DNA of 63,694 bases, the filler included, from Hyphochytrium catenoides (lineage: Eukaryota > Protista > Hyphochytriomycota), in the NCBI GenBank assembly GCA_900088475.1. It is 12 parts of 12 records of this genome, joined end to end, with 100 filler letters (N's around TTAATTAATTAA, not from the genome) between each part and the next. Parts side by side here need not be neighbours in the genome. Positions count along the whole stretch, not along the records: positions 5,134 to 13,334 come from FLMG01001752.1; positions 13,435 to 17,024 come from FLMG01004597.1; positions 17,125 to 20,353 come from FLMG01000528.1; positions 20,454 to 44,814 come from FLMG01004503.1; 8 more parts are not named here. One strand, 5' to 3'. Position 1 is the stretch's first letter; each line of letters starts with the position of its first letter. Positions 11,581-23,982 of the stretch are shown piece after piece. The translations under genes and the position numbers were made by a program. The notes beneath the pieces were generated by a model. It saw nothing but the letters and a program-made list of their open reading frames with translations, did not search any database and was not told the DNA's origin.

Positions 11581-13098
11581 TCAGCCGCAAAGGATGAAGT
11601 TGGCGGTAGCGCAGGAGGAGCTCTCCGTAGGCTCCGCCATGGCTCTGGAAGTTCGAGAGTAGCGAAGATTATCCACCGACAGCATCCGGCGCGCAAGCAG
11701 CTCTTCTCCTTTCTCTCCGTCTCTCTCTGCCTCTCCACTCACCACAAGTGTGAAACGCTGAGGTCTGAAGGTCCGAAGCGCCTTCTCTAGCGTTTGAACT
11801 GGAAGAAGAGAGAGATCATTGGTCTCTAAAGAGGCGTAGCTGCACTCTTTCTCAGGAGTAATGTGCATTGTATAGTACGCATCTCCTGCAAGACCGTTCA
11901 TAGAGTAACCACAAGGATCAAAGGCCACGGCGTCAATGGTGGCGCCGTTGCAAAGCTCATCGATGCCGCCTTTCTTGGTCATTTCTATGGGATTGTCCGT
12001 GTTTTTCTTGAAGAAGATTGACGCTGTCTCCTCCGCAAGACCGAACATCATGAGGTTGAAGGTAGAGCGCGATGGTTTAGCCTTAAGAGACGCGGGGGAG
12101 AGAGAGCCTTGAGGAGAGAGAAGAGGCCTGTGAACCACGTACATCAGCCAGTGATCGCCTGCCATTGGACCCAAGATGTGTCCACTTCCATCTCTAAACC
12201 ACTCGTCCAAGAACTTTGTCTCGGTAGTGAAAGAAGTATGAGGAAACTCTTGCTGCTCGGGGAAGGAGAAGTTCTTCCTCGAGTAGAGAAGGCCCTCCAG
12301 TTCCAGGCCCTGCTCTCGGGAATACTCCATAATGACAGGAATAGCGCGGAGAAGAGTGGTGGTGCCGCAAGTCTAAAGAGAGAGAGAGAGAGAAAGAGAA
12401 AGACTCTTAGAGATGCCAAGGCCCGAGTAGTGTGTCAGTTAGACCTAAATGCGGGAGAGGAAGAGCGTATAGAAGAGAAAAAGGGATAGAGACAAGAGAG
12501 TTTGAAGGACAGAAGAGGAGGAAAAGAGAGAGAGACAGGGAAAGAGCGATCTCTTTCTGTCTTACCTTCAAGATAATCTTGTTCTCATAGACGAAGAGAG
12601 AAGACTCGGAGAGGATGTAAGAGTCAAAGGACTCTGTAGACATCTTCGTCATGATCAGACAGCGCGCCTTCTCACAGATGTGATCCAGCTGAGCGCGGCT
12701 AAAGGAGCGAAGGCCTCCATTGGCCAAGCCGCGGCCTCTGAAGGTCATCTCCAGATTCTTTTCTGGGCCTTCAAAGAGCTGCAAACAATAGAGAAAGAAG
12801 AGAAGCCCAAGATCAGTCTCTAGAGGAAAGACGAACAAGAAAACGGTGATAGCACAGACAGATATTTCTCCTCAAAAGTGAGTGATTTCTGAAGCTTTTT
12901 ATCGGGAAAACTCTTTTGAATAATGAATTATCTTCAGCGACTTACCATGACCTCCGGTAGAGCTCCGTCATTGGAAGAGAGACCGCCAGCCGCGGGTGGA
13001 GCGTGAACTCCTGCGCCGGTCAGCTCAAGCTGAGAGAGAGCGGAAGTGACGTCCTGGCTCTCAGGAGAGAAAGAGACGGGTGCTTCTTCTGAAGGCAT
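11581..13098 (-). CDS. AMD1: S-adenosylmethionine decarboxylase proenzyme (~385 aa, 3 exons)
   Basis: Exons 13098-12946, 12778-12566, 12372-11581 with GTAAG donors. Motifs FEGPEK, YILSESSLFVY (pyruvoyl self-cleavage E/S), KTCGTT (rebuilt across intron 2), FDPCGYSMN and TMHITPE..CSYASLETN. Confidence 0.95.
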
Positions 13099-13180
13099 GA
13101 TTGGTCTTCAATGAAGATCAAAGAAGAGAGGGAGAAAGGGTTTGGACGTTATGAGAGACCGCCGACTCTTTAGCTGAATG

Positions 13181-13291
13181 TTAGCCTGGCTTCTTGCACC
13201 CGATGAACGGGTAGAGCGCGTCCTTCAGGGTGCTTTGGACGTCCCGGAGATCCGACACGAGCTGCTCGCAGAGATTTTTCTCAATTATCAT
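13181..13291 (-). promoter_or_regulatory. Upstream ORF in the AdoMetDC 5' leader: MIIEKNLCEQLVSDLRDVQSTLKDALYPFIGCKKPG*
   Basis: ATG at 13291, TAA at 13183-13181 (36 aa). It ends 82 nt before the main ATG with no intervening ATG. The C-terminus resembles the plant AdoMetDC small uORF ending (C-x-K/R-K/R-P-S-stop). Confidence 0.75.
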
Positions 13292-14089
13292 ACGGACCAA
13301 AAGCTCCGATATACTTTACGCCGCCTTCAGAACCNNNNNNNNNNNNNNNNNNNNNNNNNNNNNNNNNNNNNNNNNNNNTTAATTAATTAANNNNNNNNNN
13401 NNNNNNNNNNNNNNNNNNNNNNNNNNNNNNNNNNGAGAGAGAGAGAGAGAGAGAGAGAGAGAACAAGAAGAAAGGAAGAAAGAGGCAAAGAGAGCAAGGG
13501 AGGGAGAGAGTGACAAGAAAGACCGACAGAAGAAGGGAAGAAGGGAAAGAAGAGAAGGAGAAAAGAAATGGAGAAAAGAGAGAAAAGAGAGAGAGAGCAG
13601 AACAAAACAGTAAACGACTGCGGTGGCGTGGATCAGTGATGAGTGGTTGCAGGCACTGTGAGGAGAGATAGGAGAGACACAGTGGGAGGAAAGAGGAGAA
13701 GCTCCGGTCGGAATGCAGTCATAGCCACGTCGTTGCACTCTCTCTCTCTCTCTCCCCCTCTCCTCAGTCTCTTCTTCCTTTTTTGTCCAAGAAAGAAACT
13801 GGCCCTAGGAGAAGAAACTGCATCTCCTGCTGCATTTCCCTCTTCAGCATTGGCCATTCGCCACCCTCCCGCCCGACGTGAAAAGTCTTCTTGCCAACAT
13901 GTCGGCAACCTCTCTCTCTCTCTCTCTTTTTCTCTCTCTCTTGTTCTCTCTTTATCGTTTCAATCTCGTTGTCATAAGATGAAAAGTTACTCGTCGCAAC
14001 GCTTCAGCCTGACATTGGAACTAACACGAATAATTGTACTTCCCTCTTATTCTACTGTCCCTCCTCTCTCCGATCCTCTCTCTCTCTTT

Positions 14090-14128
<39 letters not shown>

Positions 14129-14815
14129 GTCTTCTTTTCTTTCACTGTGGTCCCGTTATCTCTCTTCTTCTCATTTGGTCTTGTGCGTGTGTCTAGACTG
14201 TCAAGAGCTCTCAGCTGGCGTGCTTCTCCCTAAGTAGGCACGAAATTTCCTACTGCCGGGCTTGACATGCGCAAGAAGAGAGAGAAAAAGACTCAAAAAG
14301 TGGGGACTGTTCACTCAAAGGATGCTTCATCTCTCTTTTTCTTTCCTATCCTCCTCTCACACAGCAGGGACGAACCATACAAACCTGGAAAAAGAGAGGA
14401 GAGAAAACGAAGGCGACAAGTCGAAACAGACGCTGCTGCAAGAAGCGAGAAAAAAGAAAGAAGAAGAGAGAAGAGAAAGAGAGCTGCTGGTGGATGAGAA
14501 GAGGAAGGATAGTAGTAGAAGAGAAGGTAGGAGGGATATTCTACTTATTCAAAGAAGAGAGAGTGAAGAGGAAGAAAGCTAGATAGAGAAAAGACGGTAG
14601 AAGAAGGGAAGGTATACTTTGTAAGAGGGAGAGAGAAAGAGAGAGAGAGAGAAAGAAAGAGAAAGCTACTTCAATACGATCTTTGCCGCCAGCTGGCGTT
14701 AACCAGTTGCTAATACTGATATTTTTCATAAAGAGTAGACAAGGTGAATGCAAAGTAAGAGAAGAAAGGACATAATCTCCGACAGAGAGAGAAAGAGCGA
14801 GTGGGTGAGACAGAC

Positions 14816-14850
<35 letters not shown>

Positions 14851-15107
14851 GAAGAAGGAAAGGCCCCTTGCAAATCGGAGAACACGGAAATGACCATTAG
14901 TCTGCAAGGGGAAGAAGGAGCGATGATGGCGGAGAGAATAATGAATAGAGAGAGAGAGTGTGTGTGTGTATGAGAAGTATGTCACTGTCCCTGGTGCTCC
15001 TTTCGCTTATGTGGCCCCTGCCAGGACGTGTCCCTGACTGACCGACGACGTATGGCTCCCATTCTCGTCATCACTTCTCTCTGTCTCTTTCTCTCTCTTC
15101 TTCTCTC

Positions 15108-15149
<42 letters not shown>

Positions 15150-17787
15150 TCTCTCTTGTCTGTCGCGCTATTTCTCTTTTTTTACCACTCTACTATTTAC
15201 AACTTTCTCTCTCCTTCTCTCTCTTTTCCCTCTCTAACTTATGATCCATCACTTATCGGGCATATCTCTTTATCGTGACGACGAGGGAGGAGAGAGACAG
15301 ACAAAGACAGGAGAGCGGAGAGGGAGAAAGAGACAGAGAAAGAGAGCCAGAAGGAGAGCCGCTGAGGAGAAAGAGCATGTGATGGCCCCTGTGCAATGTG
15401 ACACGATGACGCTAGCCGCGTAAGGATCGTCCCCTCTCATGCTCTCGACCTTTCTGGCCTTATATTTTATGACTCCATACAAGGTCCTATACTTTGGCGG
15501 TAGCAGGGCGCGCCACAATGGGAAGAGAGAGAGAGAAAGAGAGAAGAAAGATAGAGAGGAGAGATATGCAAAAGAAAGAAGAGGCAGAGACAGGGAGAGA
15601 CAAAGACACAGAGAGAGAGAGAGAGTCTTGGGTAACTCTGTTCCATTGCTAGTGTTTCAACCATATTGGACTCTTAACCATGATGCCACAGTTCTCTTTC
15701 TCTTCAGAAAGAGCTGACCAAGGTGCGCACATAAGAAAGAAGAGAAGGGAGAGAGGAAGATGATAAAGAAGAGAGAGAGAGAGAAAGAAAGAAAAATCTA
15801 AACAGGGAAGAAGTGGACGAGAGATACTAATGTGTAGGAGAAGAGGTAAGTGAAAGGAGAAGAAGGAAACGAAAGATGAAAGGAAGGCAACAGGAGGTAG
15901 GGGAAGACAAGATTCAAAGGAGACAATAAGCGAGAGACAAAGAACATAATTGAGAAGGAGAGATAAAGAGAAAGGGGAGAAGAAGAAGAAAAAGAGGAAA
16001 AGAGATCTACAGAAACAAGAAAGAGAGAGAGATGATGATCATCGTCCTTCTTGAGATGTGTGGCCAAACTCTCTGAACCTCTTTGGCGAGACAGGGAGAG
16101 AGAGCGAGAGAAGAGGGAGAGAGACAGAGAGAGAGAGACAGACAGACAGACAGAGAGAGAGAGACGGAAAAGATGGCCAGGCTCAGAAACGATGATGAAC
16201 CAGCCTAAGGTGAGGCGCCTGAGCAAAAAGGCCGAGGACGAAGGGAGAAGAAAGGCAGAGCCACGCACAAATAATGAAGAAACAAAGAGACAACAATCGA
16301 AGACAGAACAAAGCAAGAAGACGCTCTGCTGCTTTAGCTCTTCTTTCTTTCGTTCTTCTCCTATAACATTCTATGCATTATAAAGAGGAGGAATAATAGC
16401 TACTACGACGACTCAGTAAAAAGAGAAGTGAATAAAGTGAATGAGGAAGAAGGAGAAGACGAAGAAGGAGAAGAAGAGAAATGAAGAGGAGACGAGAGCC
16501 TTTACAAAGCCCTGGACTCTTCAACGTGTTCACCTCCTCTCTCACCATCAATGTCTGAAAAGGAAGACGATCCATAGTTGACCTCTTCCGCAAATAATGA
16601 CAGAAGACAGAGGAGGAGGAGAATTGAAGAAGAAAGAGGCGTCTCCTATCACTATTGCGGAAGAGTTCAATCATCAACATCGCGCTCAATCATGCAAGCT
16701 TTCTTTTTGAGAGACACAAGGAGCACGACGAGGATGAGCAGCAGCAAGAAGGGGCATTGTACAAAGAAGAAGATAGAGGATGATGAGGACGAAACAGGGG
16801 CACGAACGAAGAAGAAGGGGAAAAACAGGAGAGAAAGAAGAAGAAGAAGACAATAGAGTAAAGGACGAGGACAAGCAGTAGGGAATGTATAAGAGTCAAG
16901 AGGAAAGACGAGGCCTACTTCTGGGGAAGAGGAGGAGAAGGAAGAAAGGTTAGCAGAGACACACAGATAAGAGAGGCAGAAAAGAGAGAGACAGATGCAG
17001 ACAGAAGATATATATATATATATANNNNNNNNNNNNNNNNNNNNNNNNNNNNNNNNNNNNNNNNNNNNTTAATTAATTAANNNNNNNNNNNNNNNNNNNN
17101 NNNNNNNNNNNNNNNNNNNNNNNNTCTCGCTCGCTCGCTCGCTCGCTCTCTCCCCCTTCCTCCCTCTCACATACACAACACACACACATTTCATCGTCCT
17201 GCTCTCTCTTTCTGTTCTCTAGCTACTCTCTGGAAAGCCCTCATTCCTACCTTGTTCAGTATCGGGAGCCTAGAACCTTTCTCTCTCCGTCCCCGGCTCT
17301 ACAACTCCCTCGTCGCTTGTAGTCCTGTTTTACAGGAAAACTGGGCGCAGAAGAGAGAGCTCCTTTATCATTGATGGCTGTACGGATGGTGAGGCCTGCA
17401 GTGAGGTTACATTGTTACATTGACAGCGCGCCCCCTTGGGGCAGAGGGTCGAGACAATCATAATGAAAGAGAGCACCAGGAAACTGAAGAAGTGGCCGAC
17501 GACGGACAGAAGATAAAAACAGAGTCAACTCCACACAGAAGAAGGAAGGAGCGTGCCGCACCTCTTCCTTCTCTCCCTTTTCTCGCTCCTCCATCAGCTC
17601 ATTCTCCGACATTCCTCTTCGCTTCAGCCAAGCCCAGAGCCATAGGACAAGACGCAAGGCCATTCTTCTTGTTCGGACAAACCAGCTCCGCCTCCCTCGC
17701 TTTTCCACGACGAGAGAGAGGAAGAAGAAAAAGAAGAAGAGGAAAACCAAAACTGTTGAAAGACCGAACCTTCCCATCCCCAGAGAA

Positions 17788-18812
17788 ATGAGGTTTTCAG
17801 CATTCCTCCTTGGTATCGTCGTCACCGCGACCTTCCAGTCTTCTTCGCTGTTCTCTCTAGCCCAAGAAGAAGCGAAGAAAGGGCTGGACAGAAGTGCTGT
17901 GCGAAGAAGCAGGAGGGAGGTCGTAGATAGCGGGGACGCCGCGGGCACTGCCACCAGCAGTGACTCCGGGAGACATGTCACTGGAACAGACGTCCGGGTA
18001 CCGGCAGTAGAAGACGGTGCTCCTCCCTGCTGCTCACCATCTCCGATCAGAGAGAAATAACACCAAACGACAACTCGCTTTGTATATGATCTATGTAACA
18101 TGAATGACTCTCCATTCCGAGATGGGGGAGTGGAAGGTGACTGTCATCGTGATCCTCTTCAGCAACAAGGGAAAAGCCTCTCAGGATTCGTGCAGCTATC
18201 TGAACATGCTTGCTGGGGCAACCACGAGAACAAAGGGGAAGCTCTCCATTGGGACGGGCACCATGCGGGCATTAGCTTCGGAGAGGATGCCAGAGCCAAA
18301 TGCATCAACCTGTCGGGATGCGACCGGATAAGCAAATTCAATGACCGCGTGTCCTCGGCCTCGTGGCAGTTCCAGGACGTTCATTGTGATGACCGGATTA
18401 GGTTCTATCCTGACGAGAACTGCCAAGGATCGTACAAAATACGGTGGATCACTTCCCGAAGAACTTCCTCAAGGACGGCATCAACAACATGGTTTCGTCC
18501 TTGATGATTTATAACCCTCTTCTGGACGACAGCAGCAGCGCCGGACACAGCGACAAGCGAACGGTTTGTCCTACTTTTCTCCACAACACCGTGGAGAGAT
18601 ATCAGCAGGCCCTCTTCTCCGTCCATGTATACACATACACTAAGAAAGTCAGCTATTTTTCTGCTGTTCCTTCTGCCACGTGCAGCCTTAGCAATGCAGC
18701 AGTAGCCTCGCAGCATACCAGTCCATCATCAACAGACCAAGAACCACTGGGTCCTGACGATGAGATGACCTCCCAGGTTGCTGATGCGGAGCAGGATAAT
18801 GTAGCGACCTAA
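17788..18812 (+). pseudogene. Disrupted secreted protein with a beta/gamma-crystallin-like domain of the type seen in oomycete secreted proteins
   Basis: Signal-peptide-like MRFSAFLLGIVVTATFQSSSLFSLA. In-frame TAA at 18058-18060. Then CINLSGC..FNDRVSSASW..IRFYPDENCQG, a frameshift near 18440, then FPKNFLKDGINNMVSSLMIY (two N-D/N-x-x-S-S motifs). Family recognised from memory, not by search. Confidence 0.6.
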
Positions 18813-20144
18813 CGTTGCTGCTGATCGGGAGGAATCTTCATTCTCATTTATAAGAAGAGCAGTTGGTGGCTCGTAATAACAGAAGAGAAACTATTGAACT
18901 AGAACCTTAGCCTAACCCTAAGCGAGAACTTCTGATCTTGTTAATGTTGAGATGGCAGAGTTGGTTGGAAGATCATCTTCTATGTTGGCGTGCAAATAGT
19001 AGGAATGAAGATTATCAAGGAGCAGCTTGCACAGAGTACTGGTCCTGAAGTACTATAACGCCTAAGGATGTATGGAGACCTATGAAGGTGATATGCAAGA
19101 GAGAAAGCAGAAGAGAGAGAAACACTCTAATAAGGAAGAGAGAGAACAGAGAATGTTAGAAATTCATTGAATGATGACCAAGGGATCCGTCGTTGTCTTG
19201 AGTGAGACAACAAGAGAAATCGCCAGTAATTGGTGGTGGACGGAAGGAAGAAGGGAAGAAGTAAAGTCTTGAAAGAGACAACGTTCATGAAGAAAGATCA
19301 AATCTCTAAGAGAAATGATTGGAGAGAGAAGAAAGGGATGAAGGAGCAGAAGAGTATACCTTTGCCCATAGAGAACTCACCAACAAGAGATAAGGGTTCT
19401 CAACAGTTAGGCACCTACTTTGACTATTTCTCACCCCGTTAACTATCTTCTCCCGATCTTCTCGTTCTCGCACGGAGAAGATGATGACATCTTTTCTCTA
19501 ATCTATCTCCTGCAATATTCTATTAACGAGGCAATAGAAAAGATGCAATTATAATGAAGACCCGCGAGGGAGATGCTCTTAGAACATAGCCCGAGAAGAA
19601 AGGATTGGGAGGACCGGCGGCGCCGGCTGGCGGTGTGCCCTAATATCATGGAGAGGAGGACAGACTACTACTCTTTTTCTTTTCCTTCTGCTCACCCAGA
19701 TGAAGTGGCAGGGCATGCAGAAGAACATAAGCCTCTGGCTGGGGGATCAAACTGGCGCTTGACATTACTAGCCTGGGAGCTCTCCTTGCCGCTTCGCTGG
19801 GTCAAGCGGAAGGAGGCTCTTGACCCGTTAGTAGTTACCGTCGTCGTGTCCTACTAACTCTAGGACAACAACTAACTCAATCAGAAGGACTAAGCTAACT
19901 AACAAGAACTGAGTACTCTCTTCTTACCGCCGCCGCGACTACAGTTTCTCTACGCAGCACTCTCTCCTCTAGCATGGGGTGTGGCGCAGCGAAGAAAGGG
20001 CGGGCGGGTGGTTGTTGACTCTTCCTGCTGCGCTCAATCGGTGCAGTCAGCTGTGCCTCCTTCTCCTCCCCTCCTCTCCGTCGCCGCTGTGTCTAAGAAG
20101 TCTGGGCAGGCGGCAGAGGCTTCGGCGGAACGAGGAGCAAGGCT

Positions 20145-20353
20145 GAGACTGAGGCGCGAGGTCAGCCCCACCATCCTTTACCGCGCCAGGAAAACCTAAT
20201 ATTCCCCTCGGATATTCATTCTTCTTCTAGAAGAGATGCTCTTGTTGGTCAGACGTGCATTAGGAAGAGAAGAAGAAGAGAAAGAATCCTTTGATGGTGA
20301 TGATGGTGACAGCGTTACCACTGAGCATCCTTCTTGTTCTTCACACCTCCTTT
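20145..20353 (+). repeat. Dispersed repeat; near-identical copy at 59338-59550
   Basis: GAGACTGAGGCGCGAGGTCAGCCCCACCATCCT...AGCGTTACCACTGAGCATCCTTCTT at both loci, each next to a contig end. Confidence 0.9.
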
Positions 20354-21625
20354 NNNNNNNNNNNNNNNNNNNNNNNNNNNNNNNNNNNNNNNNNNNNTTA
20401 ATTAATTAANNNNNNNNNNNNNNNNNNNNNNNNNNNNNNNNNNNNNNNNNNNNTCTCGCGACGGCGGAGCTCGATGGTGTTGACATGGCTGCTAGTGGCT
20501 CAACTCCTCCCTCTCCTCCTTCTTCTCCGCTTCTCATTACTGAGGAAATTAACTATGATTCTTCCTTTACTGATGATGAGCAGGGAGCAGATCGAGTTGA
20601 GGTGGAAGAGCCTAAGGCTTCTTAGCTTTTCTTCTCTTTCTCTTTTTCTTCTTCACTTTCTTCTTCTCCTAGATTAGTTTTCATAATAAAGGCCACATCA
20701 ACCTGAAAAAAATTTAAAAAAAAAAACAAAGAAGAAAGCGAGACGAACGAGAGAAAGCAAAGAGTACGAGACTGACACAGAAAAAGACTTGTCATTCGAG
20801 CAGACAACTTTGCTATAAAAAAACAGAACTATTCTTCAGTGTGATCGTGCCGCTAGCTCGTCCTCTTGGCCATCATGGGTCTCGGCTGGCAAAGACTCTG
20901 ACTCTTCATAGCAACAGAATCTCCGCGATTCATGAAGAGAAAGCGCTACAGATTCTGAAGCGTGTTCCTTATCAGCTTATCAGCAGCTGGACCCCGCTCT
21001 AGCTTGCTTGGTGGAGCCTGATGATGATGATCATCATCTCGGCGCCACGCCCTCTTCTTCTTCTTCTTCTCCGTCTCCTGTCATGATCGTCCAAGAGTTC
21101 AACTACTATGATTCTTCTTCTCCTACTATCCGACATTGATGGTGGTGAAGGAGGAGGACAATGTACTGAGAAGAGTCCAGGACTCTGTAGCCCTTGCCTC
21201 CTCTTCAGTTCTCTTCTTCTTCTCCTCCTCAGTCTCCATCTTCTTCTTCTTCTTTTACTTCTTCTTAGTTAGCAAAAGTAGTAGTACCAGCTATTATCCC
21301 CTCTTCCTACTATAAAAATGGAGGAGAAGCAGCAAACCAGAAGAGGAGAAGGCAGCCAAAAGTAAGAGGAGAGACAACTTTTCTCACTACGAGACGAAGG
21401 CCCATTGATTGCTTGTAAAAATCTTCTCTATAATTTATAAAAGAAACCCAATGAATGCTTCTTTCTCCATGAAGATAATGAAGAAGATAGATTTGGAGCA
21501 GGAGGAGAGGAAGAAAGGAGCCGTGCAAGAAGAAGAAAGAGGGGACAGGGAAAGATTAGTAGGAAGGAAGAGCCTAGCAGCTTAAGAAGCACTTGTTTCT
21601 CTTCTTTCCTCCTTTCTTCTCTCTT

Positions 21626-21656
<31 letters not shown>

Positions 21657-21657
<1 letters not shown>

Positions 21658-23024
21658 TATCCTAGGAACCATCCGTACTCTCCGATGAGCATTCCCATGG
21701 TGGCTCCTGAGGAAATGCCAAAGAAGAGAGCGGTCACCATGATTGCACCAGCACTTTCTCTGTCTTCCAAAGTGCACAGACGCGGTGCTTTGCCCATAGT
21801 AACTGTACTAAGAAGTCCGTTGCTGAGACCGATAATGAAGTTCACCAGCAGCTGCCAGAAGACAGCGAAGCCCGTAGCAGAGCCAAAAATATAGATATCA
21901 CTCTGCGGATGAGCAAAGAGAAGCGCAGGCAGAAGAAGAATGCGCGCCACGGAGAGAATGAAGCACAGCTTTAGAGAGAAGAAAGCGTAAGCTCTCTTTC
22001 CGCAGAAGACTCGGCCAAAGAAATCTCCATAGTTATAACTCGCAATGATACCAGGCGAACAGAACCACTTGAGCGCTACCGCGCCCATTGGAAAGAGGCC
22101 GTTGAAGCCCGAGCTGCAGCCAAAGCCAGGGAAGAGAGTGAGAGAGACAAAGAAAATAAGGAACTGAGAGATTGCTGGGAGAGGAATGATGTTGAAGATC
22201 CTGCCTAGCGTCTTAACTCTTTGGACAGGACCTTCCTTATCTGCGTGGTTAGCCAGCGTCGCCTTGTCATTCTCTGCCAGGTAGTAGGCGACAGAAGGGA
22301 GACGGATGAGCTTGAAATAGAGATAGACCGCGCTAAAGCAGACCAGGATGAGGACGGAGAAGAAGATGTAGAAGCTCTGCTTCGTGCTCTGTTTCTCCTG
22401 CGCCGTCCCACCGACAATCAGCCGAATGAGCGTCAACAGCGTGATGTTGATCACGCCGGAGGTGACATTTCCAATCTGCACAGCGTTTGTGAAGGCTTCG
22501 ATCGGAAAAAGCGACGCGATCCCATAGAAGCACGACTCCGTCAGCGAGTTGGCGAAGCCGATGGAGCCAAAACAGAACAGAATGACCGTGGCGCCGGTCA
22601 TCTCGCTCACTTCGATGAAGTCCTGAATCAGGATCACCAGCGCGGCCAGGACGAAGATCGAATAGCCGCTCACAATCCTCGTGGTCACACTGATCTTCTT
22701 GTCCAGGCCAAAGATTATTTGGACAACGTGTCCGACCACCATCGGCCAGCTCGTGACCAGCGTGGTCAGGTACTCGAACTTCACGTTAGGAAACCTTGCC
22801 TTGTAATAATCTTGCGCGGAGAGGCAGGAGTAGTACGCCCACAGGACGGAGCCGTTGAGAAACATGAGAGAGAGAAAGATGAACCGGTGACGCATCTCAA
22901 GGTCTCTCTCGATGTGCTCGGGCAGTTCTTCCTTGTCAGGGATGGAGATGATGGATCCTCCCTCTCCTTGACCCAGGAGCTTTGACTCACGCTCCGAGTG
23001 CTTGGAACTTCGGATGGCTGCCAT
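21657..23024 (-). CDS. Equilibrative nucleoside transporter (ENT/SLC29 family), 455 aa, intronless
   Basis: Multi-TM profile with ENT-type motifs LNGSVLWAYYSCLSAQDYY, FGSIGFANSL.ESCFYGIAS.FP, VSLTLFPG, YNYGDFFGR, GLSNGLLST..M and E.AGAIM..L.FG...G. Confidence 0.9.
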
Positions 23025-23672
23025 TCTTCTCTCTTTCTCTTTCTTCTTTTAGAGCCTCTCTCTCTCTTCTCGCTTGGTAAGGAAATGTAGGGTTGCGATA
23101 ATAAGAGAACGGAGCGAAGAACGTAATGATGGCGCTTTCTCTCTCTAGCTTCTCGCTTCTCCACTCTTCTCTAGCTAACCCCTAAGGAAACTGTACCATT
23201 GGCGCTGCGCAGGACAACCACCCGCGCCTAAGGAGAAGAAAGTTGGTGAATGGCTCTTCTCTCTCTCTCTCTCTCTCTCCCTCTCTCTTTCTTTCTCTGT
23301 CCCCTCAATCTGTGGTGAACATTACGAAGCTCTCCGCGTTTGCCTTGCCTTTGGGGTTCCATGCACGCTTTGTTTATCTCTTCCTCTATGTCAAGGCTTT
23401 CTACAATAGAATCTGTTCTTGCTAAAGAGGAAGAGAGAGGAGGAGAGAGAGAGAGAGAGAACCGACAAGGATAACAAGCAATAGAATTTTACTTCTATTA
23501 TTACGTGGTAGTTCTCTTCTTCGTCTTCTATTCCCTTCTCCATAGAGTGAAGTATTGCCATCATCAGAAAGAGTTGATAGAGGAAGCAGAGATGAGGATC
23601 GCTTACAGAGGGAGAAAAAAGAGAAAGAAAGAAGAGACTTAGAGATAGTGTTATTACAATTGAGCAAAAATG

Positions 23673-23724
<52 letters not shown>

Positions 23725-23951
23725 GAGGTCAAGAGAGAGAAGGCTTCTGCAGCATCGTTTCAGTGCTTCTGATCTCTTAGGCCTGCACTCCTCAGCTCTC
23801 TCCTCCTCCATTTCTTTCCTCTGACTCTAGGTTGCAGCAGTCTTTTCTTCTTAACCCAGCAACCTTATTCTCTCTTCCAGCGCATTCTTCTCTCCTTCTA
23901 ATCATCTTATCTCTCTCTCTCTCTCTCTCGCTCGCTCGCTCGCTCGCTCTC

Positions 23952-23982
<31 letters not shown>

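Larger units (their letters stand above)
16490..21210. repeat. Three diverged copies of a ~200-bp unit resembling the 3' end of a gene-family member (~16490-16700 minus; ~20460-20625 plus; ~21000-21210 plus)
   Basis: Shared pattern AACTATG..TCTTC..GATG..GAAGAG(T)CC; the 16.5k and 21.1k copies share GACATTGATGGTG and GAAGAGTCCAGG. The 20467-20625 copy reads ELDGVDMAASGSTPPSPPSSPLLITEEINYDSSFTDDEQGADRVEVEEPKAS*. Confidence 0.55.

Noticed and set aside
11533-11583. AMD1-style stop-codon readthrough tail
   Set aside because: TGA is followed by GGA rather than CTAG, and a second in-frame stop comes after only 15 codons.
13178-13334. Plus-strand 70-aa ORF MLAWLLAPDERV..
   Set aside because: Antisense shadow of the AdoMetDC uORF and runs into the linker; the minus-strand reading is better supported by context.
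18058-18060. Stop-codon reassignment (TAA read as Gln)
   Set aside because: TAA, TAG and TGA all terminate well-supported genes in the window, and the same locus also has a frameshift.
22221-22985. Long plus-strand ORFs antisense to ENT (and 28810-29652 antisense to BT1)
   Set aside because: Antisense shadows of GC3-rich coding sequence with no recognisable motifs.
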